A DNA stretch of 32,000 nucleotides from Chloroflexota bacterium (GTDB lineage: Bacteria > Chloroflexota > UBA11872 > VXOZ01). This document shows positions 31,260-32,000 of this stretch, one piece after another. How positions within the stretch are numbered: the stretch's first letter is position 1; every line of letters begins with the position of its first letter. Where the stretch lies: the NCBI GenBank assembly GCA_965221905.1, contig OZ244922.1, forward strand, positions 2,552,119 to 2,584,118, in the 5' to 3' direction. The notes under the pieces are model-generated. The model saw nothing but the letters and a program-made list of their open reading frames with translations, ran no database searches and was not told the DNA's origin. The translations under genes were made by a program, and so were the position numbers.

Positions 31260-31961
31260 ATGCAAGCCATTATCCTCGCAGGAGGACTAGGAGAGCGACT
31301 GCGACCGTTTACGTCCGACCGTCCGAAGACGATGGTCCAGATAGCAGGCGTGCCAATCCTCGCCTATCAGCTCGCCTGGTTGAAAGCCGCTGGGGTCAAT
31401 CGCTTTGTAATTTCATGCGGATACCGGCACGACGTGATCCAAGAGCACTTTGGCGATGGCGAGCGGCTCGGCGTCCAAATCGAGTACGCAATCGAGTGGG
31501 AAAAACTCGGCACGGGCGGTGGGCTGAAGCTCGCGCTTGGATCGGCGGATGCCGCTGAGCCCTTTATCCTTGCCACGAACGGCGACATACTTACCGATCT
31601 AGACATTGCTTCGCTCGTAGACTTGCACGTGGCGGGCGAGAATCTGGCGACGATATCCCTCACCCAGTTGCAAAGCCCGTACGGCATCGTCGACTCAAAC
31701 GATGTGCACAAGGTTACCGCATTCCACGAGAAACCGCTCTTACCCTATTGGCTGAGTGCCGGCATCTACGTGCTTTCTCCGGCCATCCGAAGTCTATTGC
31801 CGGACAAGGGCGATCACGAGCGGAGCACGTTTCCCCAGGTTGCCCAAGATGGCAAACTCGGCGCCTACAAGGCGACCGCGTACTGGCGCGCCGTCGATAC
31901 GGCCAAGGACCTTTCTGAAGCTGAGAGCGAGCTAATCGCACACCCATTGCCCCATGTCTAA
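31260..31961 (+). CDS. NDP-sugar pyrophosphorylase (mannose-1-phosphate guanylyl- / glucose-1-phosphate nucleotidyl-transferase family)
   Basis: MQAIILAGGLGERLRPFTSDRPKTMV signature (GxGxRLxPxT..xPK). 233 aa, nucleotidyltransferase domain only. Confidence 0.85.
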   Translation: MQAIILAGGLGERLRPFTSDRPKTMVQIAGVPILAYQLAWLKAAGVNRFVISCGYRHDVIQEHFGDGERLGVQIEYAIEWEKLGTGGGLKLALGSADAAEPFILATNGDILTDLDIASLVDLHVAGENLATISLTQLQSPYGIVDSNDVHKVTAFHEKPLLPYWLSAGIYVLSPAIRSLLPDKGDHERSTFPQVAQDGKLGAYKATAYWRAVDTAKDLSEAESELIAHPLPHV

Positions 31962-32000
31962 GGATTCAGAAACAGGGAAAAGCACCGGTTTCGACTATGC

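Noticed and set aside
1-32000. Mobile element, prophage, toxin-antitoxin or known defence system
   Set aside because: No integrase, transposase, recombinase, phage structural, restriction-modification, Cas, reverse transcriptase or small paired toxin/antitoxin ORFs were recognisable in any frame. There are no tRNA attachment sites and no long flanking direct or inverted repeats other than the REP-like elements.

Overview
Chromosomal segment, roughly 58-60% GC by eye. It holds 25 intact-looking protein genes plus one frameshifted gene. I recognised no rRNA, tRNA, CRISPR array, transposase, integrase, phage gene or known defence gene. Housekeeping genes are scattered through the window: the 3' part of carB, pyrK, gyrB, an NAD-type isocitrate dehydrogenase, murT-gatD, darA and a Fur-family regulator. 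Between about 10.7 and 24.2 kb lies an accessory-looking carbohydrate block. It contains a cytoplasmic Cys-type sulfatase, two Gfo/Idh/MocA oxidoreductases, and two tandemly duplicated Tat-lipoprotein ABC solute-binding proteins with no permease or ATPase partner. It also contains an EamA transporter, a xylose-isomerase-like TIM-barrel enzyme, an exported LmbE/PIG-L-like protein with a degenerate metal site, a DppA/M55 peptidase and an AAC(3)-family acetyltransferase. A translationally coupled GT4/GH57-like pair (8.2-10.7 kb) and a GT2 (frameshifted)/NDP-sugar pyrophosphorylase pair (30-32 kb) are also present. The most unusual signals are non-coding. The first is a REP-like palindromic element family (core TCGACAAGCTC flanked by CCGTTC/GAACGG arms). 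It has four or five copies here, including a perfectly identical 15 x 26-bp tandem array capped by an inverted full element (13942-14364). The second is a degenerate 13-15-bp minisatellite next to another copy (23172-23268). The third is three head-to-tail 16-bp palindromes in a divergent promoter region (21885-21933). The fourth is an 18-bp perfect palindrome in a 570-bp intergenic region (17809-17826). The element family (translating as PFDKLRANG / SLSNHE), lipoprotein-type solute-binding proteins and murT-gatD suggest a Chloroflexota-like monoderm, but that is inference from memory, not a search. All protein calls rest on motif recognition in the supplied translations; no database search was possible.
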